The notes beneath the pieces are model-generated. The model saw only the letters and a program-made list of their open reading frames with translations. It was not told the origin of the DNA and made no database searches. Shown piece by piece: positions 48,480 to 60,552 of a stretch of 60,552 nucleotides of DNA. Positions within the stretch are counted from its first letter, which is position 1. The number at the start of each line of letters is the position of its first letter. Source of the stretch: Phoronis australis (Eukaryota > Animalia > Phoronida); contig NMRA01000229.1 in assembly GCA_002633005.1 (NCBI GenBank), forward strand, positions 9,628 to 70,179, given 5' to 3'. A program made the translations under genes and the position numbers.

Positions 48480-49583
48480 AAAATCAATGTGACAGTTGCA
48501 GAAGGGTCCCACAAACAGAAACGTGTGGCCACTCTCAATAATTAATCAATGTGACATTTTCAGAATGGTTCCACTTGCGGAACGGTTCCGCAAACAGAAT
48601 AGTTTTTTGGAGCACTCATTTTTTTTAATTCTCATGCCCAATAGAGTTAAAATGTATTCCATAATCAATATCACTTGAAAGTATCAATGTGACAATCCTA
48701 ATAATAATTAGTTGATCAATGTGACAGTTGCGGAACCGTTCCGCATACGGAACCATTCCGCATGGGGAGAGATTTCCCAAAGAGAATGGTTTTGCGGGGT
48801 ATTTGTTTTGTCCAATCAACTTTAAATGCATTCCATTATCCATGCCACTTAAAAGTATCAATATGACAATCCTAACAATAATTAGTTGATAAATATGACA
48901 GTTGCGGAACCGTTCCACATGGGGAGCGATTTCCGAAACAGAATGTTTTGCGGGGTATTTGTTTTATCTAATCAACTTAAAACGCATTCTATTATCAATG
49001 CCACTTGAAAGTATCAATGTGACAATCCTAACAATAATTAGTTGATCAATGTGACACAGTTGCGGAACCGCTCCGCATGCGGAACCGTTCCGCAAACAAT
49101 AGTTTTGTGAGCTAACAATTTTTTAAAACTAAGGTTTTCTTTCACATTTAAGTTGAAATATATTCTATTCTCAATAACATATAAAAATATCAATGTGCCA
49201 ACATGAACAATGAATAATCAGTGAGGAACTTGCTGAATGATTTGTGATGCAGAAACCTATGTCAAGCAGACTCGGTAAAAATTGACATCTTCTCTATGCC
49301 ATTTTACAACTTTTAGTAGAACCTTAACACAAGCCACGAAATATTCAAATATGAACATTCAAGAAGCATTAAACATAAAATTATCAGAATTTCTACCCTA
49401 ACAATGATTAGTTAATAAATGTGACAGTTGCGTAACCGTTCCGCATGGGGAACCGTTCCGCATGGGGAGCGATTTCCCAAACAGAATGGTTGTGCGAGGT
49501 ATTTGTCTTGTCAGATCAACTTAAAATGCATTCCACTATATCAATGCTACTTGAAAGTATCAATGTGAGCATCCTAATATTAA
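48480..49583. repeat. Complex satellite-like array, ~170-bp unit with TGCGGAACCGTTCCGCA quasi-palindrome (left part)
   Basis: Repeated ATCAATGTGACAGTTGCGGAACCGTTCCGCA...CACTTGAAAGTATCAATGTGACAATCCTAA. Confidence 0.85.
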
Positions 49584-51198
49584 AGTCCTGCTCTCAAACT
49601 GCCCATGTGGTTCCAGAATCTGAAAATACTTAGTATATAAAATCTTATTTTCGACACTCTTTCTTTATATTCTTTTCGCCTTTCTTGCCAAAAGCGATTT
49701 TTTAACAGTATTTGACCCTTCTCTGGGAGCGTATAATTACCTGCTGTCATCGGTTTTTTCCATACCACACTTCCGGCTCATCAGTTCAGGAACTTGTCCT
49801 GAAAGCTGCCATTTTTTCCTTGTAAATGAATGTGCTATCGCTTGCTCGAAATGTCTTCATTATTTTGCTTTATTAGTAATATCTCGTGATTCGTTTGTGT
49901 GTGTAGTGTATTTATAGTTTGTAGTTAGTGGTCGTTGAATTTTTTTGGAATGTTACGCGTACTTATGTTAACATAGCATTGGTGTTAAGTTCCTTACATA
50001 GGCCGGTCGAACCTAGGAACCCAAATGTGGGTCGAACCATTTTTTTTTCATTTTGATTTTTTTTCTCGTTTTGAAAAAGTACTTTGCTATCATCGGAAAG
50101 TTAGTGCATTCTACATAGAAAAAATCGAAAAAGTACCAAAATCTGGGCAAGCAGTGTAAAGATATTGCAATTTTTGTGGTGAAATTCGGGTCACTTTGTT
50201 TGGATCGCTTCGGCCATATTGGAGGACAGTGGGATAAGTTACGAGTTTAAAACTTTGTGTAAATTGTTTTCGCCAACAATTTTTCAGTAAAATTTAGTTT
50301 GACATATCTTTACCGTATTCGCCGTAATAACCACCCAGGGCGCTTAGAAAAGTTCGGTTCGGGGGGGCACTTGTTATAATCCAAGGCGGTTGAAACCAGG
50401 TCTCCGAAACGGGTGAAATCAGAAGCTAAGTTTCATCAAATTTACGCTCTGTGGCGCATGTAATCTATGAAAGACTTTCAAAAAAGTGTTGTGCATTGCT
50501 ATCAAACTTTGGTGCTCAATTACGATCAAGTTACAGAAACTTGTGCTGAAATCCCAGGGCGAAAACTCGCCGACTGACTGCCTCGAAATCGCCGTCTTTG
50601 ATATGGCGACTTCAATGCTTGAATAAAAATGGTTTCGACTCAAGCAAATTACCTGGAATCTTCATTAAGTTTTATAAGTAGCGTCTCCAAGATTTTTTAA
50701 GTTCCCGTGGAGTCTGGATTAAGTGCAGGTTTAAGTACAAATCTGTGCAACATCGTGCCATCTACATGTATGATCGGCAACAAGGTGAGAAAAAAGTCTG
50801 GACGAACACACATGTTGTAATCACGTGATGTTTGTTTTGAAGTTCGTCTGCAAGTAAGCGAGCGTGTGCGTGTCACCAGAGTTCATTTGCCAAAGCAGAG
50901 GCCGTCATTTCGCCAGAGCCACGCAATCTAACTTCAGTGGCGGATCTAGGATATCACAAGGGGGGGTCCAACTTTTTGTCCGGCTGTAAGCATTTGTGCA
51001 AACCGAACCACGATTGTAGATGCGCATAGCACCAAAGTGGGGGGAGGTCGGGAGGGGGGCAAACCCCCCCCTCCCGCCCAATTTTTCTGTTTTCACCTCT
51101 AAAAATCAAGCATTTTCCTTGATTCCTGAAAACAAAAGAGGCAAAAAAGAAAAAAAAAAACGGAGAACGTGTCGAACAGAAAAAACTGCAATAACCTA

Positions 51199-51256
51199 TG
51201 ATTCGAACTCACGACCTGGCTGATAGAGCGCGCGTTCGTTACCACTACACCACCAC
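51199..51256 (-). pseudogene. tRNA-derived fragment (SINE head or tRNA pseudogene)
   Basis: Minus strand GGTGGTGTAGTGGTAA (A box) ... GTGAGTTCGAATCAT (B box/T arm); no complete cloverleaf. Confidence 0.55.
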
Positions 51257-51924
51257 AACTTATCTACTAACTTCTTTCTAAGAGACCTACTTATTTATGG
51301 TGCACAGCGTTAGCGCGTGAAACCTACTTCTTTTTGTAATGCTTATTACACGTTTTATTTTTTGTGTCACCAATTCTTAACAATTTGTCGTATTTAAAAT
51401 AGTCTTCAAATGCCCAAAAAGACCAAATCCGTTTTTCGTGTTGGCAATAATGACGGGATTGCTTTGGAAATCGTTATAAGATGAGGTTTGACAAAGAGAG
51501 TATTGTGAGTTTCTGAGTGATTCACTAAGGCTTCGATTAAAAATCACATCTTACCAACAGCTTCTGTTTTTTCATCATCACTCAGGTTCCCTTTTCTTTA
51601 AAAGATGAAGTAAATTTTCTTCATTGCACAGTGGAGCAGACGACGAAAACGGAGTCGTAGTGCGCAGCGCCACTGCCGGTCGCCTGGGATATCGCGGGAG
51701 AGCCTATACTTAGCCATAGTTTCGTTACGAATGCGCCGTGTTCCGAATTTGACACTTGAAATTGCATTTGAGCCCCCCTCACCCTCCGCCCCAACACTAA
51801 AACTGCACACATTTAAATCTTTTTTCATCCGTGTAATTTAAATTACCGGGGTTAATTAATAAACTCAACATTTCCCTATGCTCTTACTGTTTTATTTTTT
51901 TTGCTGCAGCCAAGGGGGGGGGGG

Positions 51925-52163
51925 NNNNNNNNNNNNNNNNNNNNNNNNNNNNNNNNNNNNNNNNNNNNNNNNNNNNNNNNNNNNNNNNNNNNNNNNNNNN
52001 NNNNNNNNNNNNNNNNNNNNNNNNNNNNNNNNNNNNNNNNNNNNNNNNNNNNNNNNNNNNNNNNNNNNNNNNNNNNNNNNNNNNNNNNNNNNNNNNNNNN
52101 NNNNNNNNNNNNNNNNNNNNNNNNNNNNNNNNNNNNNNNNNNNNNNNNNNNNNNNNNNNNNNN
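51925..52163. other. Assembly gap flanked by poly-G
   Basis: Ns. Confidence 1.
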
Positions 52164-53643
52164 GGGGGGGGGCGGGCCCCCCTAAATCCGCCTATGTAGA
52201 TGTGTCTAAAGAAATTTGCACAAGCAGTAAGCTTAAACCAGAGCGTGTTTCATTAAGCACTTGCCGGTCTCGTGCTAAAAACTTTTGACATTTGTCTCGG
52301 TAAGGCCCATATTAGTCGCCGTGTAGCTGGATGCGTACGTAACTATCTGACAGTTATTTTTCGGTGTAAGGGTGTGCAAGCATTCACTGTCAGTTGTCAT
52401 TTTATCGGATATTCGGGTCAAAAACACCAATTAAGGTTAATCAAACAATCCGTCTCAAAAATAACGCAAACATGTTTTATAGTATTAGAAATTGTCGGAA
52501 ATTAGTGCCAAATTCATTTCTTATCGATGCTATGCTACCCGTTTCATGAATGAATAGTTGCCGACTAATGTCTTTGATGACAGGTTCATGGATGTAGCGC
52601 GCGCTTCCTGGCCATGTGCGTTTAACACCGAGTTATTTTTATTCATGAGACAGTCGATGTGTCTACTGAAAGGTCAGACCATAGTGGGACACGGTCGTGG
52701 CGAGAGCATAGCAACGCTGTTGCGTTCTTTCTGAAGTGCTGCATTACGTTGAAGTCTAAAGTCACGGCTAAATACAAACGTAGCAGTGCTGCTGGTGGTC
52801 TAGAAGACCCGTGCAAAAAGTTTTTGATAAATTGAAGACGTTACTATAGCCGAGTTTTAGGACTGTAGGTATGTCATTGTTTGCATGTACACGTTCATGG
52901 ACCGGGCGCTTATTTCAGCAAAGTCTGAAAACGCGTGGGAGGGCGCTTATAGGGGCATGGGCGGTTAATACGGCGAATACGGTACTTACTATTCTGCACG
53001 ATTCAACAGTGTTCACCAAATTTGAGCCTCGCAGTTGTTACTCATTAAGTGATAAATGTGCTCACAATTCCCGTTGGACTTCGTCTCATTTCTGGCGGTG
53101 CCGACAACATGTTCAATCGTCTACTTTGTAATTTGTGAAGATTTAACGTTAATACATTTTGACAAACGCTGCTACAAAAAAGGAACTTTCTTCATTTTTT
53201 GTGTTTTTTGTGCAAAAATATAAAAGATATTCAAATTATTTTACAGTAAATTTCCCATTCAGGTGATCTTACACTAAGCTAAAAAATAGTTGAAATAATT
53301 TTGAAGTGGTTTTTTGTTAGACTGTCAACTGCTGTTCAAGACTTGATTGGGTGTCACAAAATGATTCACATTTTTCTCAATTTTAAGTCTCAATTGCTTT
53401 CAATTCATGTTTTGTAACTTATTGTTTCTTAATTCAGGTTATCAAGTCAACGATATGAATAATCTTAATTTTAGGAATAAGCTATGTTGGATTGTGAAGC
53501 TTCAAGCCTATAATTGTTGTTCCTTGCAACTTCATATTTTTTTAATCATGCTTGTCAAATTCTGGTGTAAGGAAACACTTTCCGTCACCATGGTAATAGT
53601 TACATGTATGTCCACTTTCATAACATCGAAACTTTTGCTGTTG

Positions 53644-53886
53644 CATGTGCGCACCCAGGGGGGCTCGGGGGGGCTCGAATGAGCCACCATTTGGCGAAGT
53701 GGGCAAAAAGGTCAGCCCTCGAGAGACGAAAAGCCCGAGAAAATGGGAGAAAAGTCCACTAAAGAAGCGCAAACGCGCAATTCACAGTGGTGCTCCCGTT
53801 TTTTTCAGTCCACCCATTCTTTTTTAGCAAAAGGCCCACATTGCCGGGAATTCGAGCCCCCATATTGAAGGCTGGGTGCGCGCATG
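53644..53886 (+). mobile_element. MITE, CATGYGCGCACCCAG family, 5-bp TSD
   Basis: TGTTG|CATGTGCGCACCCAG ... CTGGGTGCGCGCATG|TGTTG. Confidence 0.85.
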
Positions 53887-55020
53887 TGTTGAATAGTGTT
53901 TGTAATGCTAGATGTTGTAAAGTATTGTACATTTTAAGTTACTTATTATGTTAAAAGTTTGCCTCATTTTGGGTTAATGAATAAAAATTGATAACATTTT
54001 GTATTGGACATGTCATACTTATATGCTCAAATGAGCTAGCCCCCTATATGGAGAAATGGAAAAGGTCTGCCCCAGTCAGAGAAGCACGAATTCCGAAAAA
54101 AAGTAGAAAATTAGACATATTCCACTAGAAGACAGGAAGCACCAAAGTTTAGCTTCTGCAATTCATAGCTCTGAACATACCTAGTGAATATAGTAAAAGA
54201 TAGACATTCCCAAAGGCTCCAGCCCCCTATTCTTATAGGCTTGGTGCGCTCATACAAAGTCTGGGCAAATCTCTATTGAAAGCCAAAAACTTTGCACAGT
54301 TCGCCAGAAGTACCCAAGTTCTAAATAAACCTCGCTTGAGCGAGCGCTGTGGCCAGCGACCAGGTAGGCCTAAGGGTATCCTTGGCCCAAAGCTATGGGC
54401 CTACTAACAAGCTAGCTGTATTTTGACGGTAGTCTTCATACCGGTAGCTGGCACTGAGGCTAGCTAAGGGCTGCCGCGGCAGTGTGACACGGGATTAACC
54501 AGCCCGTAATTTTATGCAAGTGTCTGAAACTACCTTTGAATATATACAGCATTTATGATTTGAACATTTTACTTCGACAAAACAGCTTGCCTTTACCGTT
54601 CATGTGGGTCTTGTCTCGATCCGCACCAGGTCCGATAGGCTGCGGTGCTGAGGCCGGCAAAATAATTTCTGTCAAAATTTATTCGCCACATTTCTTCGGC
54701 AAATTCAATTAAATTGTCCGTATTTTGATTTTATTAAAATTAAGGCGCGCTGTCCATTATTTTATCCCCGTTTGCAGGCTGGTAACAGGCACTCACATTG
54801 ACGGCGTTTTCTCGGCCTGGGTTCCTGAATGAATTGTACTTCCGGGTTCGCGGCAAGTTCAAAATGGCGGTAGTTCTTCGGGTGCGAATCGTGAGTGGTG
54901 CATTCATTTAAACTTTTTTCGAGTACAGATCGCGTATTAGTTATGGGGTCGGTACTTCTTGGATCCTTATAACATCCTCTAACCATGTAATAAGGGATAA
55001 CAACGTGTGAGACCAGGACT

Positions 55021-56060
55021 TTAATTAGTTGATCAATGTGACAGTTGCGGAACCGTTCCGCATGCAGAACAGTTCCGCAAACAATAGTTTTGTGAGCTAA
55101 CAATTTTTTAAAACTAAGGTTTTCTTTCACATTTAAGTTGAAATATATTCTATTCTCAATAACACATGGAAATATCAATGTGTCAACATGAACAATGATT
55201 AATCAGTGGGGAACTTTCTGAATGATTTGTGATGCAGAAACCTACCTCAAGCAGACTCGTGGAAAAATCAACATCTTGTCCATGTCATTTTGCCGCTTTT
55301 GGTAATACCTTAACATAAGCCACGAAATATTCAAATCTTAACGTGCAACAAGCATTAAACAAAAGTATCAAAATTTCTACCCAAACAATAATTAATAAAT
55401 GTTCCAGTTGCAGAACCGTTCCGCATGTGGAACCTGATTCCGCGTGGGCAGCGATTTCCCAAATAGAATGGTTTTGCGGGATATTTGTTTTGTCCAATCA
55501 ACTTAAAATGCATTTCATTGTCAATGCCACTTGAAAGTATCAATGCGACAATCCTAACAATAACTAGTTGATCAAAGTGACAGTTACGGAACCGTTCCGC
55601 ATGCGGAACCGTTCCGCATACAATAGTTTTGTGGAGCTCACAATTTTTTATATTACACGAACCATAATTAATCAGAGGGGGACTGAATGGTTTGTGATGT
55701 AGAAATCTACCTCAAGCAGACTTGGGAAAAATTGACATTTTGTCTATGCCTTTTAACCGCCTAAGGTAGAATTTAACACAAGCCAGGAAATATTCAAATC
55801 TTAACATGCAATAAGCATCAACATGAATGTATCATAATTTCTACTCTAACAATAATTATATAATAAATGTGACAGTTGCGGAACCGTTTCGCATGGTTTT
55901 GCGGGGTTTTTGTTTTGCCCAATAAATTTAAAATGCATTCCATTCTCAATACCACTTGAAATTATGAATGTGACAATCCTAAAAATAATTAGTTGATCAA
56001 TGTGACTTGCGGAATTGTTCCTCAAGCTGAATTGTTCTGCAAACAATGGCTTTGTGGAGC
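55021..56060. repeat. Continuation of the TGCGGAACCGTTCCGCA satellite (right part)
   Basis: 55021-55560 is a diverged direct copy of ~49035-49580; further units run to ~56060. Confidence 0.85.
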
Positions 56061-57457
56061 TCATCATCATTATTATTATGTTCACATTCAATCAACGTTT
56101 AGTACAGACGATTTACACTTATAAGCAAAACATGGACTTCACAACATTTCTTATGCACTTACATCTCTTCTTTGATTGCATAACTTTTGAAAAATATATG
56201 GACAATTCTGAAGAGACAACTGGAATCTTAAAACTAATTCTAAGGCCTGGGGACACAATTAAAAAGTCAGGTACTTGTCTTCAATTTTTCGAAGGTCACA
56301 ACTTGAACGAATTTCAACTTCTCTCAGCATTCCAAAATGTTGTCCCAGCTCTATCATTCTATAATCAGTGAATGATTTGTGCATCAAATATGCGCCAGTG
56401 GAGACCTTATACACGGTTTCTTTATGGCTAATATTTTCCTTTTTAAGATTTAATTTGAATAATTGTTGTGTATCTAATTTAGAGCTTGTTGCTACATTTG
56501 ATTTTCTGTATCTATACAACGCTGTCGAAATTCTTTTAAAAATCGAAGCTCATTACCCACGCCCTTTGAATACCACACAATTCCATATCTATAGGGATAT
56601 GATATTTTTTCAATTCCAGAGCCCAACAGTCTCAGTTTTCTCTGCCATTTAAATAGCAGTTATAGCAGTAGTAGTACTACATGTTTTTATTGTTCTAATT
56701 CATGCTATAAACATTCCCACTAAATAAGATTAGTCCTAACCCCGCTTGTCAAGGTAAACGGTGGGGTTTGGAAAATTGAGCTAGACCGTATTTATCCACC
56801 TTGGCTGAGTCGCGCTCGGCTCACGATCAAAGGGATGCCGCCAAGCTGCTCTATTCATCGAGTCACAAGCGAGGATAATTGGCTTCGCTCATGCGGATAT
56901 GATCAGCTGATTACGATCTAGCCTAGCTGACTGTACTTTTTATGGAGAGAGTTTTAAGCAGCTTTTACTGAAATATTTGAAAAGAGGAGCGAAAACAAAT
57001 ATGAGTACAACTTCGAATTTTTCAAATCGGCCCAGGATAAGAGATTTTGCAACACAGCAACACTCACGATAACTTTCATTCAGCGCGCACGAATACAAAA
57101 ATATAGGACCCAAGTTATTTAGATTTTGGAACACATGCATTGCAATATTCAAAATACATTTACTATGAATCTTACAAGCTGTAAAACGACGTTGTTTAAT
57201 TTCATTTTGCTCATTCATTGTCATCCGTGAAATCGGAAATTTCCGAGATGTGATCTGCGGCGTGCACGTATATGTACAAAGCACGTAATTGTTATGTTCC
57301 TTAAGTACGAAAATTAAGAAACTTTAGCATGCCATTATTATTGACAGGGACACGATAAAACGAATTTGGATTTTGACTACAGTCTTGACACAGCGAGCTG
57401 GCTGACCACTGCAATGCACCACAATTTTGTAGAAAGGCTGTCATAGGCTACAAATAC

Positions 57458-57598
57458 GTCACAGAGCGTAAATTTGATGAATCTTAGCTTCCAATTTTAC
57501 CTGTTTGGGAAACTGGGTTTCAACTGCCGTAGGCTACAATAAACGTCCCCTCCCTGTGAAATGAATTTTTTTAAGTGTTTATTAGAGCCAATACAGTA
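57458..57598 (-). mobile_element. Diverged end of the Tc1/pogo-type family at 50313
   Basis: Reverse-complement similarity to 50365-50455 (CAGAGCGTAAATTTGATGAA..GGTTTCAAC). Confidence 0.55.
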
Positions 57599-58435
57599 TA
57601 CAGCTTTCCACCAAGGCTAGGTGAAGCTATGACATTATTCTTTGTTGCATTAGTTAACTGGTCTTGGCTAATTATCATTTTATGGCCTGGTCATCCATTC
57701 AGCCAAAAGTAGTTCCAGAGGTGGCTTATCAGCCAGTTATTCACGCATGCTGACTCACAATAGAAGCCTGATAAGAGTGAAGGTGGATAAATGTGGTGTT
57801 CCTACAGTTTCTTGTGGTAGTGGATGTGTTCAGGACATGGTCATTCAAATGGTACTTTGTTATTTTTACTTTATACTCATTCGTAAATAAATTCTATATT
57901 CTACAAACAAAGGTGTAGATATTATACATGTGTGCATCTTAATTCGTTGTACACAGGCAAATTTTAATTCATTTACTATGAAATTTGTCTCGTTAGTTTA
58001 TTCCCTTTAATTTAAACATTTTTCATATTCCCATCAATAGGACAAAATCATCCGATGGTGAATCGAAGATATGGTTGTGAAATTTAGCACATTTTTGAGA
58101 AAGTGAATTTTCTCTGTTTGACCTAAGATACCTGTAGCTTGAAAAAAATTCAGGGACCCCACTTTTTTGCTCATTTCATTTTACATACACAGGGCATTAA
58201 TGAAAAAATTTTAAAAAATTATTTTTTTTCGATTAAAATTTTGCATAGAAGCCAAAGTGCTCAATTCTGAGGTACCCAAAATCATGGAAAAGTGTGCTCT
58301 AACAATGGTGTAAGAAAACCATTTATTATTGAAGCCGTATATAAAATTGACATCCTGCAATGAAACGATACCATTTTCAAGAGGATTGCAAGCACTTATT
58401 TGATTAGAGATAAATTCTCACATTTTGCCTAAGGT

Positions 58436-60021
58436 CAAGGCTTGGAATGACCCATGACAAAAAAGAGGAAATTTTTATGGCCCTAACTACACATTTCAAT
58501 CTAAACCATACCTCAACAGATCGAAAGTAAACATTATTATCACAAGATGCCCTGTTACTGTGTCGCACTCATCTTAAGCAGTACCTCACATCTATTTCAG
58601 CAACAACCATGAAGGCAATTAAATGCAACAAAAGATATTTTTCAAAATTAAAAAATAAAGATAATGATGAAAAATTTGCAGTATGAGTGGCAGGAGCTTA
58701 TTCTTGATTTGCTGCATGGAGACCTATAGAATTATTTTCAATTCTTATAATTACGATACAAAATTACAAAAAGAAAAAATGTAAATCGATCCAAAGATTA
58801 TCTGGAAAGCCTGAAATACATACACATTTAATTCCAACGCAAATTTAAAAAAGTCGAGGCGAAAACATGTGGCTCATACCCCAACCGTGACTGCTAACAT
58901 GGAAAAATGAAAGTCAAAAACACACTTCAAACCATAGAATGCATCAACCCCAATCATAAGTTGGCCAAACTTTTCAGTTTCAAACAGTAATTACAGGAGT
59001 TAATTATTCATAAGCCATGCTGGTGTAGAAGAAACTATGTGACATAAGAAATAACTACCAGGAAGCTGAAAATAGGCAGGTGGAATTTGCAAACAATGGC
59101 TTAGACCAATCAGATCATTCAGAATGTCACGTGATCACTTCTCTCGAACTACAAAACTCGAGTCACAAAATAGAACACGAAAAATGTCAAAATAAATTGA
59201 AATACATAAACGGCAATTTAAAACACATTTGCAGTAATGAAAATAGCACTTTGTATCCTGTTTCGGCAGCACGTAGAAAATCGCACTCAGATGGTCAGGC
59301 CTAGCACTAGCAGCCAACGGCGATGGGCGTGCATGTGGGATCAAACAAAAGAATTTCATACATCACTCACATCCCACGATTCCAATCCAATGAATAACCG
59401 GTTATAGTTGGATTTCATTTCAGGAAGCGTGGTTATTTCTAGCATTTCATCGTTTTCTGATACTGACCTATGGTCCAAGGCGACTCGGCCAAGCATTCCG
59501 TAATTTTCCTCTCTCAAAGTTTACAGAGCACAAACCTTGACTTATGTTGTTTGTGAAGACATTGGTCGTTTCTTTTATCCACTGTTTCCACGAAATATTC
59601 TGTTTACTCCACGCTCCACGCATTTTTGACCGCAGAATCGCACTATTTCTCACCGCGACTTTATACCAAATCCAGACGCTTTTGATGAACCACACTATCC
59701 CAGGCATAGGCGCTTGAATTTATTTGTTCCTCTGTTGCCACTGACGTCACTCACTACTAAGAAAACATGTTTCTTATATATGGTTATGAGTCATCGGGAA
59801 ATTCGGGCACCTGTGATCCATAAGTACAGTTTTCGTTCCTCCAAAACATAAAGAGCAGTTCCCTCTTTTCGAGTAGCCGACAACACCACGGTGAGAAACC
59901 AATTTGTAGCGATAATTTTATGGCAAATCTGATTTTTTCCGCGGAAATGTGATGAAAATACGCGGAGGAAATAAAAGAAAAAAGTGAAAATCCGCATTTC
60001 CACAGAAAATTCCGAACCTTG
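58436..60021. mobile_element. hAT-like non-autonomous element, longer relative of 11396-11901 in opposite orientation
   Basis: CAAGGCTTGGAATGACCCATGACAAAA ... AAAATTCCGAACCTTG; flanks TAAGGT/CAAGGT. Confidence 0.75.
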
Positions 60022-60354
60022 CAAGGTACCCCTGTTCGCTCACGTGGGGGAAAACTATTGGGTGGCCCCCCACTTTTTATTACAAATTTGTAGTACAAAA
60101 TTTAAAATTAGCTTGTATGTGAACAACAACATGTTGATCAGCCTTTCAGTTTATTCACTTTAAACCATTCTCAAAACAAAAGTTCACATTATTCAATCAG
60201 GTGGCATAGGTGGAGAATAGACTCTACAGGTACACCTCAAAATGCATTGTGAAGGGAAAGAGCAGAAATCATAACAGTTGGAGCTCAAATGAATCAATGT
60301 TTTTATTAAGATAGTGCTCAGCATGATTCAACAGCATATACATAGCTCCTTTAA

Positions 60355-60552
60355 AGTCCTTCTCTCACGCATTGTTAACCCTTATTACATGGTTAGAAGA
60401 TGTTATAAGGATCCAAGAAGTACCTACCCCATAACTAATACACGATCCGTACTCGAAAAAAGTTTAAATGAACGCGCCACTCACAATTCGCACCCAAAGA
60501 ACCACCGCCATTTTGAACTTGCCGCGAACCCGGAGGTACAATTCATTCAGGA
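60355..60552. mobile_element. Second copy of the Kolobok-like element end, extends beyond the window
   Basis: TTAA|AGTCCTTCTCTCA...; close reverse complement of ~54823-55020. Confidence 0.85.

Larger units (their letters stand above)
50935..52196. mobile_element. hAT-like element(s) with the same termini as 25375-25680, spanning the gap
   Basis: CAGTGGCGGATCTAGG ... CCTAAATCCGCCTATG; no TSD match, so the two ends may belong to different copies. Confidence 0.55.
50313..52982. mobile_element. Tc1/mariner(pogo)-type non-autonomous element, TA TSD
   Basis: TA|CCGTATTCGCCGTAATAACC ... GGTTAATACGGCGAATACGG|TA. Confidence 0.8.
49584..55020. mobile_element. Kolobok-like non-autonomous element (TTAA TSD, AG..CT termini)
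   Basis: TTAA|AGTCCTGCTCTCA ... TGAGACCAGGACT|TTAA; the satellite unit resumes right after it. Confidence 0.8.

Noticed and set aside
51199-51256. Functional tRNA gene
   Set aside because: A and B boxes only; acceptor and anticodon stems do not form.
55021-55560. Assembly duplication of 49035-49580
   Set aside because: The copies differ at many positions, consistent with an old higher-order repeat.

Overview
AT-rich, intron-containing animal (probably invertebrate) genomic DNA from a draft assembly, with two N gaps. No intact host gene is present. The + strand carries two decayed spliced gene fragments joined by one 467-nt intron-like spacer: 8 exons of a giant Cys-rich CPxGxYCP-repeat gene (7760-14468) and about 12 exons of the middle of BIRC6/Bruce (14936-47970), both with frameshifts and stops. 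The rest is nested mobile DNA. It includes a Gypsy integrase plus 3' LTR split by a 4.7-kb CATG-terminated TIR element, a decayed minus-strand Gypsy pol, and a young, nearly intact BEL/Pao retrotransposon (18136-35008) with non-canonical TA..CA LTRs. The BEL 3' LTR is interrupted by an 11-kb foldback-like element (23744-34764) with a TTAG target duplication, ~125-bp TIRs and arrays of a 27-bp palindromic unit. A Kolobok-like element sits inside a palindromic ~170-bp satellite, and there are many hAT-, Tc1/pogo-, Harbinger- and Helentron-type non-autonomous elements. Family assignments come from motif recognition by eye; no searches were run.
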